Source of the DNA: Hemiscyllium ocellatum
Lineage: Eukaryota
Direction: 5' to 3'
Length of the DNA stretch: 64,000 nt
Assembly: GCF_020745735.1 (NCBI RefSeq)
Contig: NW_026867602.1
Span: 248,001-312,000 of the forward strand
Below, piece by piece: positions 47,600-60,189 of this stretch (position 1 is the first letter of the stretch; each line of letters opens with the position of its first letter). Both the position numbers and the translations under genes were made by a program. The notes under the pieces are model-generated. The model saw only the letters and a program-made list of their open reading frames with translations, did no database searches and was not told the origin of the DNA.

Positions 47600-48990
47600 T
47601 CTCTCCCCCCTCCCCTTCCCCCCCCCTTCCCCCCAACTCCCCCTCCTTGTCTCTTCCCCCGTCTCTCTCTCTCTCTCTCCCCCCCCGTCTCTCTCTCTCT
47701 CTCTCACCCCGTCTCTCTCTCTCCCCCCCCGTCTCTCTCTCTTCTCCCCCCCCCGTCTCTCTCTTCTCCCCCCCCGTCTCTCTCTCTCTCCCCCCCGTCT
47801 CTCTCTCTTCTCCCCCCCCCGTCTCTCTCTTCTCCCCCCCCGTCTCTCTCTTCTCCCCCCCGTCTCTCTCCCCCCCCGTCTCTCTCTCCCCCCCCGTCTC
47901 TCTCTTCTCTCCCCCCCCGTNNNNNNNNNNNNNNNNNNNNNNNNNNNNNNNNNNNNNNNNNNNNNNNNNNNNNNNNNNNNNNNNNNNNNNNNNNNNNNNN
48001 NNNNNNNNNNNNNNNNNNNNNNNNNNNNNNNNNNNNNNNNNNNNNNNNNNNNNNNNTCCCCCCCCGTCTCTCTCTTCTCTCCCCCCCCGTCTCTCTCTTC
48101 TCTCCCCCCCCCCGTCTCTCTCTTCTCCCCCCCCCGTCTCTCTCTCTCTCTCTCCCCCCCCGTCTCTCTCTCTCTCTCTCACCCCGTCTCTCTCTCTCCC
48201 CCCCCGTCTCTCTCTCTTCTCCCCCCCCGTCTCTCTCTTCTCCCCCCCCCGTCCTCTCTCTCTCCCCCCCCGTCTCTCTCTTCTCTCCCCCCGTCTCTCT
48301 CTCTCTCTTCTCCCCCCCCCCCGTCTCTCTCTCTCCCCCCCGTCTCTCTCTCTCTCTCTCCCCCCCGTCTCTCTCTTCTCCCCCCCCCGTCTCTCTCTTC
48401 TCCCCCCCCGTCTCTCTCTTCTCCCCCCCCGTCTCTCTCTTCTCCCCCCCCGTCTCTCTCTTCTCCCCCCCCCCGTCTCTCTCTCCCCCCCCCCGTCTCT
48501 CTCTCTCCCCCCCGTCTCTCTCTCTCCCCCCCCGTCTCTCTCTTCTCCCCCCCCGTCTCTCTCTCTCTCCCCCCCCGTCTCTCTCTTCTCCCCCCCCGTC
48601 TCTCTCTCTCCCCCCCCGTCTCTCTCTCTCCCCCCCCGTCTCTCTCTTCTCCCCCCCCGTCTCTCTCTTCTCCCCCCCCGTCTCTCTCTCTCCCCCCCCC
48701 GTCTCTCTCTCTCCCCCCCCCGTCTCTCTCTTCTCCCCCCCCGTCTCTCTCTCTCCCCCCCCCGTCTCTCTCTTCTCTCCCCCCCCGTCTCTCTCTCTCC
48801 CCCCCGTCTCTCTCTTCTCCCCCCCCCCCGTCTCTCTCTTCTCCCCCCCCGTCTCTCTCTTCTCCCCCCCCGTCTCTCTCTTCTCCCCCCCCGTCTCTCT
48901 CTTCTCTCCCCCCCCGTCTCTCTCTCTCCCCCCCGTCTCTCTCCCCCCCCATCTCTTCTCTCTCCCCCCCCCCATTCTCCCCCCCCCCCC
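47600..48990. repeat. C/T low-complexity repeat with a gap in twinfilin intron 1
   Basis: Units like ccccccgtctctctcttct. Confidence 0.92.
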
Positions 48991-48994
48991 CCAG

Positions 48995-49072
48995 CCTCCC
49001 AGGATCTGCAGCAGCTCTTCTCTCGATCGAAAGACGGCTCCTTGCGCCTGATCCAGGTTCTGATAGACGATG
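48995..49072 (+). CDS. Twinfilin exon 2
   Basis: cag|(A)SQDLQQLFSRSKDGSLRLIQVLIDD|gtacgt. Confidence 0.92.
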
Positions 49073-49929
49073 GTACGTCCTCCCCGCGATGCCTCTGCAG
49101 TCGAATGGCCCTGTGCTTGTTTTGTTTAGGGGTCTTATTGTATTTTCGGAGGGTGGTCGGGCCCAATGGGGGTAGAGGTCGAACCAGTGGGTGGGGGCGG
49201 TGTTCGGGGGTCACTTTCTCTCTCTCGCATGCTCGATGTCTGAGGGGGAGGTGGGGGTGGGGGTGGAGGGGTGAATATGGATTACAATCAGTTCCCCCCC
49301 AATCTTCCCCCTCCTCCAAAAAGTCAATGAAGCGTAACCATTTCTCTCCCTCCCTCTCCCTACCCCTCCATCCCTCCCTCTCCCTACCCCTCCATCTCTC
49401 CCTCTACCCCTCCATCTCTCCCTCTCCCTCTACCCCTCCATCTCTCCCTCTCCCTCTACCTCTCCATCTCTCCCNNNNNNNNNNNNNNNNNNNNNNNNNN
49501 NNNNNNNNNNNNNNNNNNNNNNNNNNNNNNNNNNNNNNNNNNNNNNNNNNNNNNNNNNNNNNNNNNNNNNNNNNNNNNNNNNNNNNNNNNNNNNNNNNNN
49601 NNNNNNNNNNNNNNNNNNNNNNNNNNNNNNNNNNNNNNNNNNNNNNNNNNNNNNNNNNNNNNNNNNNNNNNNNNNNNNNNNNNNNNNNNNNNNNNNNNNN
49701 NNNNNNNNNNNNNNNNNNNNNNNNNNNNNNNNNNNNNNNNNNNNNNNNNNNNNNNNNNNNNNNNNNNNNNNNNNNNNNNNNNNNNNNNNNNNNNNNNNNN
49801 NNNNNNNNNNNNNNNNNNNNNNNNNNNNNNNNNNNNNNNNNNNNNNNNNNNNNNNNNNNTCTCCCCCCCCCTCTCTCTCCCCCCCCCCCCCCCCCCATCT
49901 CTCCCCCTCCCCACCCCTCCCCCACACAG

Positions 49930-50108
49930 AGCTCCTGGTGGCGGGTGAGTGTTGCCCCCCAGTTGCCAGCTGGGAGAGTGACTACGATGAGCTGCTGTTG
50001 CCTCTGCTCAAGCCCAAAGTCCCCTGCTACGTCCTTTATCGGCTGGATAGCCGCAACGCTCAGGGCTTCCAGTGGGTCTTCATCTCGTGGATCCCCGAGA
50101 GCTCCGCG
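49930..50108 (+). CDS. Twinfilin exon 3
   Basis: [14 protein letters not shown]...[29 protein letters not shown]|gtaagg (ADF-H domain 1). Confidence 0.95.
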
Positions 50109-50334
50109 GTAAGGCCTGTGCCGGGGAAGGGTGATGGAAGAAGCTGAATGAGGCCTGGTGCACTATCGCTCTTGCGCTCTCTCTCTCTAACCCCTCCACC
50201 CGCCCCCCGATAATACTCTTGTCCCTGTACACAGGAGGGTTTGGTTTGGTGTTGTATCACAACTCTCGAAGGGGAGCCTCGGTGAGTTGCTGTAGTGTGT
50301 CTTGTAGAAGGTACACACCGCTGCCCCTCTGTGT

Positions 50335-50995
50335 TGGGGATGGAGCTCAGCCGAGCATTCCTAATGAGCCCAGCTACCTCGGGGGTGGGAGGGAGGGAGT
50401 GTTGGAGCTCAGCTGGGCATTCCTAATGAGCCCAGCTACCTCGGGGGTGGGAGGGAGGGAGTGTTGGAGCTCAGCCGAGTATTCCTAATGAGGCCAGCTA
50501 CCTTGGAGGGTGGAGGGAGGGAGTGTTGGAGCTCAGCCGAGCATTCCTAATTAGCCCAGCTACCTCGGGGGGTGGGGGGAGTGTTGGAGCTCAGCCGAGC
50601 ATTCCTAATGAGCCCAGCTACCTTGGGGGGGTGGAGGGAGGGAGTGTTGGAGCTCAGCCGGGCATTCCTAATGAGCCCAGCTACCTCGGGGGGTGGAGGG
50701 AGGGAGTGTTGGAGCTCAGCCGGGCATTCCTAATTAGCCCAGCTACCTCGGGGGGTGGGGGGAGTGTTGGAGCTCAGCCGAGCATTCCTAATGAGCCCAG
50801 CTACCTTGGGGGGTGGAGGGAGGGAGTGTTGGAGATCAGCCGGGCATTCCTAATGAGCCCAGCTACCTCAGGGGGGGCAGTGGGAGGGTGTGTTGGAACA
50901 CAGCCGGGCATTTCTAATGAGCCCAGCTACCTCGGGGGGTGGAGGGAGGGAGTGTTGGAGCTCAGCCAGGCATTTCGAATGAGCCCAGCTGCTGC
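50335..50995. repeat. ~60-bp minisatellite in twinfilin intron 3
   Basis: Unit core gtgttggagctcagccgagcattcctaatgagcccagctacctcgggggg. Confidence 0.92.
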
Positions 50996-50999
50996 AGGG

Positions 51000-51420
51000 T
51001 GTTGGTAGTGAAAGGAGCGAGTGTTGAAGGTGGGGGGGGTCAGTGTGTCGATCGAGTGTGGGGGGTGGAGGGAGTGAGTGTTGAAGGTGGGGTCAGTGTG
51101 TCGATCGAATATGGGGGGATGGGCTGCTTTGTCCCTGAACAGTGTTGAGCTTCTCGTGTTGTTGGAGCTGCCCCTAGTCCAGGGCGTGGGGAGTATTCCC
51201 TCACCCTCCTGACTTGTGCCTTGTCGATGGTGGGACAGGGCTTTGGGGGGAGAGTCAGGAGGGGGGTTACTCGCTGCAGGATTCCCAGCCTCTGACCTGC
51301 TCCTGTAGCCGCTGGATTGATATGGGGCTGGGTCCGGTTCAGTTTCTGCTCAACGGTAACCCCCAGGGTGTTGATGACGAGGGGATTAAGTGATGGTAAC
51401 GCCATTGAACATCAATGGGG
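51000..51420 (-). mobile_element. Decayed non-LTR retrotransposon fragment, same family as 60290-61175
   Basis: INTLGVTVEQKLN, AGQRLGILQRV, KAQVRRVREYSP. Confidence 0.7.
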
Positions 51421-51501
51421 TGAGATATTGGGGGGAGCTTTTGAATGGGGTGGGGAGTGAGCTGTCTGGCACTGATGCCCCCTCCTTCCTGACCCTCCCA
51501 G

Positions 51502-51597
51502 GTGCGACCGAAGATGCTCTATGCTGCCACCCGTGCCACCCTGAAGAACGAGTTTGGGGGCGGGCACATTAAAGACGAGATCTCCGCGACTCAGCGG
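51502..51597 (+). CDS. Twinfilin exon 4
   Basis: cag|[32 protein letters not shown]|gtatgg. Confidence 0.97.
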
Positions 51598-51969
51598 GTA
51601 TGGGCTCTGAGGTTTGGGACGGAGGGGGGTTGGCTGCGAGGAGGGGGAGGGAGGTGGGGATGGGATGGGAGGGGAGGTATCAAGGACTGGGCTTTTGAAA
51701 TGAGAGCTCAGTGGGGTGTGGGGAGGAGGGGTGGAGGTCAGTTCTCTGCGACTGAGCGGGTACAGGCTCTGGACGGGATGGGACGTGAGAGGGAGAGGGA
51801 GCTCAGTGAGGGGGTGGGGTTGTGGGTCAGCGATGGGGTTTGCCCGAGAGTGATTGAGGGGAGAGGGGAGGGAGTTGCAGATTCTTCCCCCGCTACGTGG
51901 AGAGGCTTTTGCATGATTTCTCTAATTCTTCCCTCTTTCCCCTCCCCCCCACAACTCCCCGGGTTACAG

Positions 51970-52074
51970 GAGGACATCACTCTGAGCGGTTACCAGAAAC
52001 ACTTGGCATCGGAGTCAGCCCCTGCCCCGCTCACAGCCGCTGAGCAGGAACTGCAACAACTCAAGATTACTGAG
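51970..52074 (+). CDS. Twinfilin exon 5
   Basis: cag|[35 protein letters not shown]|gtatcc. Confidence 0.96.
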
Positions 52075-53299
52075 GTATCCTCCCTTGTAGGGAAACTGTC
52101 CCCCTTCCTCCCCTTACCCTTCCCTCCCTCCCTCCCCCTCACAGGGGAGCCGGTCCCCCTCATCCTCCTCCCTCCCCTCTCTCCCAACCATGACAGATCG
52201 AGAACTTTGCTTTTGCTGTTTTGTGCGGGGGTGGTTGGGAGAGACGCTGAAAAGGGAGGCTGACGGTGTACTTTGAACAAAACAACGCAGGTTTATCGCG
52301 AAAGAAAAGGGAGGGGGAGAGAGAGGCGGTTTGGAAAGAATTTAGCAGAAAAAGGAACTCAAGCTTCAACTATTTTTCCTCACTGCTCCCAGCAACATCC
52401 TTTGCAGATACTCAACCCCGATTGAAATAATACCTCCTGAAGTAGAGTCTGGGATATTGGAGTCTACGCAGGATTGAGTATCTGCTGAACTCAGTTACCC
52501 TTCGATCTTAACTCTCTGATTTCATCCTTAACCAATGAGATTTCTTTTCAGAGAAATACTTTGATGTTCGCTCCCTCAAAAACGGCGATAGCTTTGGCAA
52601 ATAGGGCTAAGGAGAATTTGAAGGAATCCCACAAATACGTTAAGGACGCAAGGGTAACTGGGAGAGAACAGGGCCCCTCCAAGATCAGCAAAGCAGCCAA
52701 TGTGTGGGAGACGGGGTGGGTGGCGATACTAAACGAGTATTTTGCATCAGTGTTTACCGTGGAGATGAACATGAAGTTACATAATGTGCGCAAACAGACG
52801 ACAACATCTTGAGTCTTAACAGAGGAGGAGGTGCTGGACGTCTTAAAAGGTGGATAAATCCCCAGGACCTGATCAGGTGTACCCTAGAACTCCGTGGGAA
52901 GCTAGAGAAGTGATTGCTGGGCCCCTCGCTGAGATATTTGCATCATCGATAGTCACAGGTGAGGTACTGGAAGACTGGAGGTTGGCAAACGTGGTGCCAC
53001 TGTTTAAGAAGGGTGGTAAGGACAAGCCAGGGAACTATAGACCGGTGAGCCTGACCTCGGTGGTGGGCAAGTTGTTGGAGGGAATCCTGAGGGACAGGAT
53101 GTACATGTATTTGGAAAGGCAAGGACTGATTCGGGATAGTCACCATGGCTATGTGTGTGGGAAATCATGTCTCACAAACTTGATTGAGTTTTTTGAAGAA
53201 GTAACAAAGAGGATTGATGAGGACAGAGCGTTAGATGTGATCTATATGGACTTCAGTAAAGTTGTGGTGGTTCTGTTCGCCGAGCTGGAAGTTTTTGTT

Positions 53300-53339
53300 G
53301 CAAACGTTTCGTCCCCTGGCTAGGAGACATCATCAGTGC
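53300..53339 (-). ncRNA. Minimal type I hammerhead ribozyme motif (inverted copy)
   Basis: Exact reverse complement of 54592-54631. Confidence 0.7.
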
Positions 53340-54591
53340 TCTGGAGCCTCCTTCGAAGCACTTCTTTGATGTTTCTTCCGGTATTTATAGTGGTCTGTCC
53401 TTGCCGCTTCAGGGTGTCAGTTTCAGCTGTCTGCTGTAGTGGTTGGTATATTGGGTCCAGGTCAATGTGTTTGTTGATGGAGTTTGTGGATGAATGCCAT
53501 GCCTCTAGGAATTCCCTGGCTGTTCTCTGTCTGGCTTGCCCTATGATAGTGCTGTTGTCCCAGTCGAATTCATGTTGCTTGTTGTCTGTGTGTGTGGCTA
53601 CTAGGGATAGCTGGTCGTGTCGTTTCGTGGCTAGTTGATGTTCATGTATGCGGATTGTTAGCTGTCTTCCTGTTTGTCCTATATAGTGTTTTGTGCAGTC
53701 CTTGCATGGTATTTTGTAAACTACATTAGTTTTGCTCATGTTGGGTATTGGCTCCTTTGTTCTAGTGAGTTGTTGTCTGAGTGTGGCTGTTGGTTTGTAT
53801 GCCGTTATGAGTCCTAAGGGTCGCAGTAGTCTGGCTGTCAGTTCTGAAACACTCCTGATGTATGGTAACACACAAACAAAGCTGCATCAGGACACTATTC
53901 AAAAGAGCTACAACACACTGCAGTACACCAGAACTGCGAAAAGAGGAAGAGGAACACCTGTACAAGGTATTCGCCAAAAACGGATACACGCGCAACTTTA
54001 TCAACAGATGCTTAAGAGATACACCACGGAACGAGGACATGCCACAACCAAAAGGACTAGCCACACTACCATACGTCAGGAGCATTTCAGAACTGACAGC
54101 CAGACTACTGCGACCCTTAGGACTCATAACGGCACACAAACCAACAGTCACGCTCAGACAACAACTCACTAGAACGAAGGACCCGATACCCAACATGAGC
54201 AAAACTAATGTAGTGTACAAAATACCATGCAAGGACTGCACAAAACACTATATAGGACAAACAGGAAGACAGCTAACAATCCGCATACATGAACATCAAC
54301 TAGCCACGAAATGACACGACCAGCTATCCCTAGTAGCCACACACTCAGACAACCAGGAACATGTATTTGACTGGGAAAACTACTATCATAGGGCAAGCCA
54401 GACAGAGAACATCCAGGGAATTCCTAGAGGCATGGCATTCATCCACAAACTCCATCAACAGACACATCGACCTGGACCCGATATACCAACCACTACAGCG
54501 GACGGCTGAAACTGACACCCGGAAGCGGCAAGGACAGACACTATAAATGCCGGAAGAAACATCAAAGAAGCGCTTCGCAGGAGGCTCCAGA

Positions 54592-54631
54592 GCACTGATG
54601 ATGTCTCCTAGCCAGGGGACGAAACGTTTGC
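54592..54631 (+). ncRNA. Minimal type I hammerhead ribozyme motif in the Penelope terminal repeat
   Basis: GCA-CUGAUGA-U-GUCUCCU-agcc-AGGGGAC-GAAAC-GUU-UGC: core, 7-bp stem II, palindromic ACGU stem III, 3-bp stem I. Confidence 0.72.
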
Positions 54632-56109
54632 AACAAAAACTTCCAGCTCGGCGAACAGAACCACAACAACGAGCTACAAATCTTCGCACAAACCTTGAAC
54701 TTCAGTAAAGTGTTCGATAAGGTTCCCCATGGGAGACTGATTAGCAAGGTTAGATCTCATGGAATACAGGGAGAACTAGCCATTTGGATACAGAACTGGC
54801 TCAAAGGTAGAAGACAGAGGGTAGTGGTGAAGGGTTGTTTTTCAGACTGGAGGCCTGTGACCAGTGGAGTGCCACAAGGATCGGTGCTGGGCCCTCTACT
54901 TTTCATCATTTATATAAATGATTTGGGTGTGAACATAAGAGGTACAGTTAGTAAGTTTGCAGATGACACCAAAATTGGAGGTGTAGTGGACAGCGAAGAG
55001 GGTTACCTCAGATTACAACAGGATCTGGACCAGATGGGCCAATGGGCTGAGAAGTGGCAGATGGAGTTTAATTCAGATAAATACAAGGTGCTGCATTTTG
55101 GGAAAGCAAATCTTAGCAGGACTTATCCACTTAATGGTAAGGTCCTAGGGAGTGTTGCTGAACAAAGAGACCTTGGAGTGCAGGTTCATAGCTCCTTGAA
55201 AGTGGAGTCACAGGTGGATAGGATAGTGAAGGCAGCGTTTGGTATGCTTTCCTTGATTGGTCAGGAGGGCAGGAGTCGGGAGGTCATGTTGCCCCCGGAC
55301 AGGAAGGATGTTGTGAAATTTGAGAGGGTTCAGGAAAGGGTTTGAGCTACAGGGAGTAGTTGGATAGGCCGGGGGCTGTTTTCCCCGGAGCGTCGGGGCT
55401 GAGGGGTGACCTGATAGAGGTTTATAAAATCACGAGGGGGGGGGGGACATGGATAGGGTAAAAAGACAAGGTCTTTTCCCCCTGGGGTGGGGGAGCCCAG
55501 AACTAGAGGGGTGTAGGTTTAAGGTGAGAGGGGGGAAAGGGACCCAAGGGGTAACTTTTTCCCCCAGAGGGTGGTGCATGTGTGGACCGAGCTGCCAGAG
55601 GAAGTGGTGGGGGCTGGTACAATGACAACATTTAAAAGGGATCTGGATGGGTTTAGAGGGAGATGGGCCAAGTACTGGGGAATGGGGACGAGGTTAGGTT
55701 CGGATATCTGGGTCAGCAGGGATGGGATGGGCCAAAGGGTCGGCTCCTGTGACTCTTGTGATTCCCCTCGTTAAACGTGACACCCAACCTCCCTCTCGGA
55801 AATAAAGATGGGGATGCAGATTCCCTCTGGTTTTCGCGCGTTCCCCCGCCCCTGCCCACCCCCAGCTTGAACAGCGAGGGTGGGAAGTCAACTGCAGAGG
55901 CTTCACAGTTGTGTCTCTGCCCTGCGTCCATACTTGTAACGTCCTCTACAGGCGAACGTTGGAATATAGAACATTCTAGTGCAGCCCAGGCCCTTCGGCC
56001 CTCAATGTTGTACTAACCTGTGGAACCAATCTGATGCCCATCTAACCTACACTATCCCATTCTCATCCATAACTGCCCTTAAAGGTGGCGAGAGTGCTGC
56101 TGTTGCATT

Positions 56110-57720
56110 CCTCTGGGTGCTCTGGTTTCCTCCCACATTCCAAAGATGTGCAGGTTAGGGTGGGATTGGCCGTGCTAAATTGTCCCCGTAGTGCCCAGGA
56201 ATGTGCAGGTTAGGGTGGATTGGCCGTGCTAAATTGTCCCCGTAGTGCTCAGGGGTGTGTAGGTTAGGGTGGATTGGCCGCGCTAAATTGTCCCCGTAGT
56301 GCTCAGGAATGTGCAGGTTAGGGTGGGATTGGCCGTGCTAAATTGTCCCCGTAGTGCTCAGGGGTGTGCAGGTTAGGGTGGGATTTGCCGTGTTAAATTG
56401 TCCCCGTAGTGCCCAGGAATGTGCAGGTTAGGGTGGATTGGCCGTGCTAAATTGTCCCCGTAGTGCTCAGGGGTGTGTAGGTTAGGGTGGATTGGCCGTG
56501 CTAAATTGTCCCGTAGTGCCCAGGGATGTGCAGGTTAGGGTGGATTGGCCGTGCTAAATTGTCCCGTAGTGCCCAGGGATGTGCAGGTTAGGGTGGATTG
56601 GCCGTGCTAAATTGTCCCCGTAGTGCTCAGGGATGTGCAGGTTAGGGTGGGATTGGCCGTGCTAAATTGTCCCCGTAGTGCCCAGGGATGTGCAGGTTAG
56701 GGTGGATTGGCCGTGCTAAATTGTCCCGTAGTGCCCAGGGATGTGCAGGTTAGGGTGGATTGGCCGTGCTAAATTGTCCCGTAGTGCCCAGGGATGTGCA
56801 GGTTAGGGTGGATTGGCCGTGCTAAATTGTCCCCGTAGTGCTCAGGGATGTGCAGGTTAGGGTGGGATTGGCCGTGCTAAATTGTCCCCGTAGTGCCCAG
56901 GGATGTGCAGGTTAGGGTGGGATTGGCCGTGCTAAATTGTCCCTGCAGTGCCCAGGGATGTACAGGTTAGGGTCGATTGGCCGTGCTAAATTGTCCCTGC
57001 AGTGCTCAGGGATGTACAGGTTAGGGTGGATTGGCCGTGCTAAATTGTCCCCGTAGTGCTCAGGGATGTGCAGGTTAGGGTGGGATTGGCCGTGCTAAAT
57101 TGTCCCCGTAGTGCTCAGGGATGTGCAGGTTAGGGTGGATTGGCCGTGCTAAATTGTCCCTGTAGTGTCCAGGGATGTGCAGGTTAGGGTGGGATTGGCC
57201 GTGCTAAATTGTCCCCGTAGTGCTCAGGGATGTACAGGTTAGGGTGGGATTGGCCGTGCTAAATTGTCCCCGTAGTGCTCAGGGATGTACAGGTTAGGGT
57301 GGGATTGGCCGTGCTAAATTGTCCCCGTAGTGCTCAGGGATGTACAGGTTAGGGTGGATTGGCCGTGCTAAATTGTCCCCGTAGTGCTCAGGGATGTACA
57401 GGTTAGGGTGGGATTGGCCGTGCTAAATTGTCCCCGTAGTGCTCAGGGATGTACAGGTTAGGGTGGGATTGGCCGTGCTAAATTGTCCCCGTAGTGCTCA
57501 GGGATGTACAGGTTAGGGTGGATTGGCCGTGCTAAATTGTCCCCGTAGTGCTCAGGGATGTACAGGTTAGGGTGGGATTGGCCGTGCTAAATTGCCCAGA
57601 GTGTTAGGTGCATTAGTCAAGAGGGAAATGGGTCTGAGTGAGTTTCTCTTTGGAGGGTCGGTGTGGACTTGTTGGGCCGAAGGGCCTGTTTCCGTACTGT
57701 AGGGAGTCTAATCTAATCTG
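56110..57720 (+). mobile_element. 5'-truncated HE1-like SINE with amplified 53-55-bp unit (~27 copies)
   Basis: Array 56145-57598, then tail ggccgaagggcctgtttcc...tctaatctaatc. Confidence 0.9.
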
Positions 57721-58224
57721 TCCTATAACTATCAACCCTCATTGTAAAGCTACGTTCCCTCGTGCTAGCCCTCACCATCTTGAGGGAAAAGGCGCTCTCT
57801 GTCTAACCCTCTGATAATTTCAATTAAGTCACCTTCTTTTCTCTGATGAGAACAGTCTCCAGTCCTTCTGTAAGACCTTCCCTCCAGACCAGGCGACATC
57901 CTGGTAAATCTCCTCCGCACCTCTTTCCTCCCCCCCCATCCCCGCCTCCTTTTCTGCCTCAATAAGATCGCCTCTGGTTCGTCTAAACTCCAATGGGTGC
58001 GGGCTACTCTGCCTCTCCTCGTCCCTGGCTCCCCAGGATTGGCTGCAGGAGCCTTCCCTGGACAGACTCGAATATCGGGTCTATCCCTGCTTGGATACAG
58101 GGCCCCAGGAGCATCCGTGCATTTCTCGGCTGGATCCTTTGGGTTTTTTTTGTTCGACACGGCCTTCGAACGTCTGCCTGGACGCTTTGGTTACGGGAAC
58201 GTGTCTTTCGATCTGCCCCGTCAG

Positions 58225-58350
58225 ATGAACACTGAGGTGAGCGTGGACACCAAACAGCCAACACTGCAAGGCATCTCGTTTCCTGTTGACGAAGACGCCG
58301 TCCGTGCCTTGCGACAACTCCAGCAGAAGGATTGCTCCTACGTCCAGCTG
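58225..58350 (+). CDS. Twinfilin exon 6
   Basis: cag|MNTEVSVDTKQPTLQGISFPVDEDAVRALRQLQQKDCSYVQL|gtaggt. Confidence 0.95.
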
Positions 58351-59029
58351 GTAGGTGGGCTGATGGCGGGGGGCGGGGAGAGGGGAGGGATGGGCGCCGT
58401 TGTGGGAGGGAGAGGGAATTTGAGAGAGGACCCCAGCGTTGCAGGTCAGCCCGCCCACGAGGTCTCTCGCTCTATGGCCAACCCTGTGCCCGTTCCTGCC
58501 ACCCTACGCCAATCTGAGGTGATGCCCCTCTGGGTCCTAGACTCTTACACGAGGGGGAGTCACCTTTTTTACCCCCCCGCCTTTTCTGCCTCATTAAGAT
58601 CACCTCTGGTTGGTCTAAACTCCGATGGGTGCGGGCTACTCTGCCTCTCCTCGTCCCTCGCTCCCCAGGATCGGCTGCAGGAGCCTTCCCTGGATGGACT
58701 CGGATACCGGGTCTATCCCTGCTTGGATACGGGGCCCCAGGAACATTTCCTGCTGTGCTCTGACTGGGGCCTTCCTGCGAAACCTTGCTGAGGTTTATGG
58801 GAAGGGAGAGCGGGATGGGGGCAGACCCAAGCCGTGATGGGGCTGAGTTGTGGGACAGGCTAGAGGGGTCGAGTGGCCTCAACACAGCGCCGTGTTTGAG
58901 CTGTGTGTTTCCACACGGTGACTGTATCCCCAACCCTCACCCAGCCACACCCTCAGGACTGTCGGAAGGAGGGACTGTACAGCGAAGGAGCATTCATCTG
59001 AGGGGGGGCTCTTTCCTCTCCCGCTAACC

Positions 59030-59930
59030 ACCGTCTCTCTCTACCCCCTTCCCCCTCTTTCTCGTACCTCTCCCTCCCTCTCCCCCACCCTCACTCCCCC
59101 CATCCTCTCACCTTCGCCTGCATGCCTCTCTATCCTCTCACACTCACCATCTCTCTCCCTTCCCCCTCTTCCCCATTCCTTCCTCTCTCTCCCTCCCCTC
59201 TATCTCTCTTCTCCCCCCACCTCCTTCTCTCACCTTGCTCCCCCAACTTTTCCCCCACTCTCAATCTCCCCACCTGCCCACCCCACCCCTCTCTCTCCCT
59301 CCCTCCTGCCCCTTCTCTCCCTCCCTCGCCCCCCCACTCCCCTCTCTCTCTTCCCCCCCCCTCGCTCCTCTCTCTTCTCCCCCCTCCCCCCCTCTCTTCG
59401 CCCCCCGGTCCCCTCTCTTCCCCCCCCACCCGCTCTCCTCTCTGTCTCCCCCCCCTCTTTCTGTCTCCCCCCCCTCTTTCTGTCTCCCCCCCCTCTTTCT
59501 GTCTCCCCCCCTCTTTCTGTCTCCCCCCCTCTTTCTGTCTCCCCCCCCTCTTTCTGTCTCCCCCCTCTCTTTCTGTCTCCCCCCTCTCTTTCTGTCTCCC
59601 CCCTCTCTCTCTGTCTCCCCCCTCTCTCTCTGTCTCCCCCCTCTCTCTCTGTCTCCCCCCTCTCTCTGTCTCTCCCCCCGCTCCTCTCTGTCTCCCCCTC
59701 TCTCTCTCTGTCTCTCCCCCACTCTCTCTCTGTCTCTCCCCCCCTCTCTGTCTCTCCCCCCGCTCCTCTCTGTCTCCCCCCCTCTTTCTGTCTCCCCCTC
59801 TCTCTCTCTGTCTCTCCCCCCACTCACTCTCTCTGTCTCTCCCCCCACTCTCTCTCTCTGTCTCTCCCCCTGCTCCTCTCTGTCTCCCCCCTCCCTCTCC
59901 CCTCACTCTCTCTCTGCCTCTCCCCCTTAC
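59030..59930. repeat. C/T low-complexity repeat in twinfilin intron 6
   Basis: Units like ctctttctgtctccccccc. Confidence 0.88.
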
Positions 59931-59940
59931 CACCCTGCAG

Positions 59941-60091
59941 AAAGTGGACACTGAAGCAGAGGTCATCTCCCTGGTCAGCACCCAGCAGACTGGCATCGCT
60001 GACCTCCCCCAGCGGGTACCCTCCGATGCTCCTCGCTGGCATTTCTTCCTGTACCAGCACTCCCACGAGGGCCAGTCGCTCGAATCTCTCG
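59941..60091 (+). CDS. Twinfilin exon 7
   Basis: cag|KVDTEAEVISLV...DLPQRVPSDAPRWHFFLYQHSHEGQSLESL|gtgaga. Confidence 0.96.
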
Positions 60092-60189
60092 GTGAGACCT
60101 CGCCTCGAGGATTGTGGGAGTTGGCGCTGTCCTGTACCTGAGGGAGGAGGAGCTGTGGGGTGGGATCGGGGGGAATATGGGAACGTGGT

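Larger units (their letters stand above)
53262..54698. mobile_element. Penelope-like element with GIY-YIG domain: ~600-bp inverted arm (53262-53867) plus forward copy (53868-54698), 12-bp TSD
   Basis: NVVYKIPCKDCTKHYIGQTGR on both strands; TSD acttcagtaaag at 53250-53261 and 54699-54710. Confidence 0.95.
52580..55770 (+). mobile_element. CR1 LINE ORF2 and 3' end, split by a Penelope insertion
   Basis: KSPGPD, NYRPVSLTS, YMDFSK // [24 protein letters not shown]. Confidence 0.93.
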
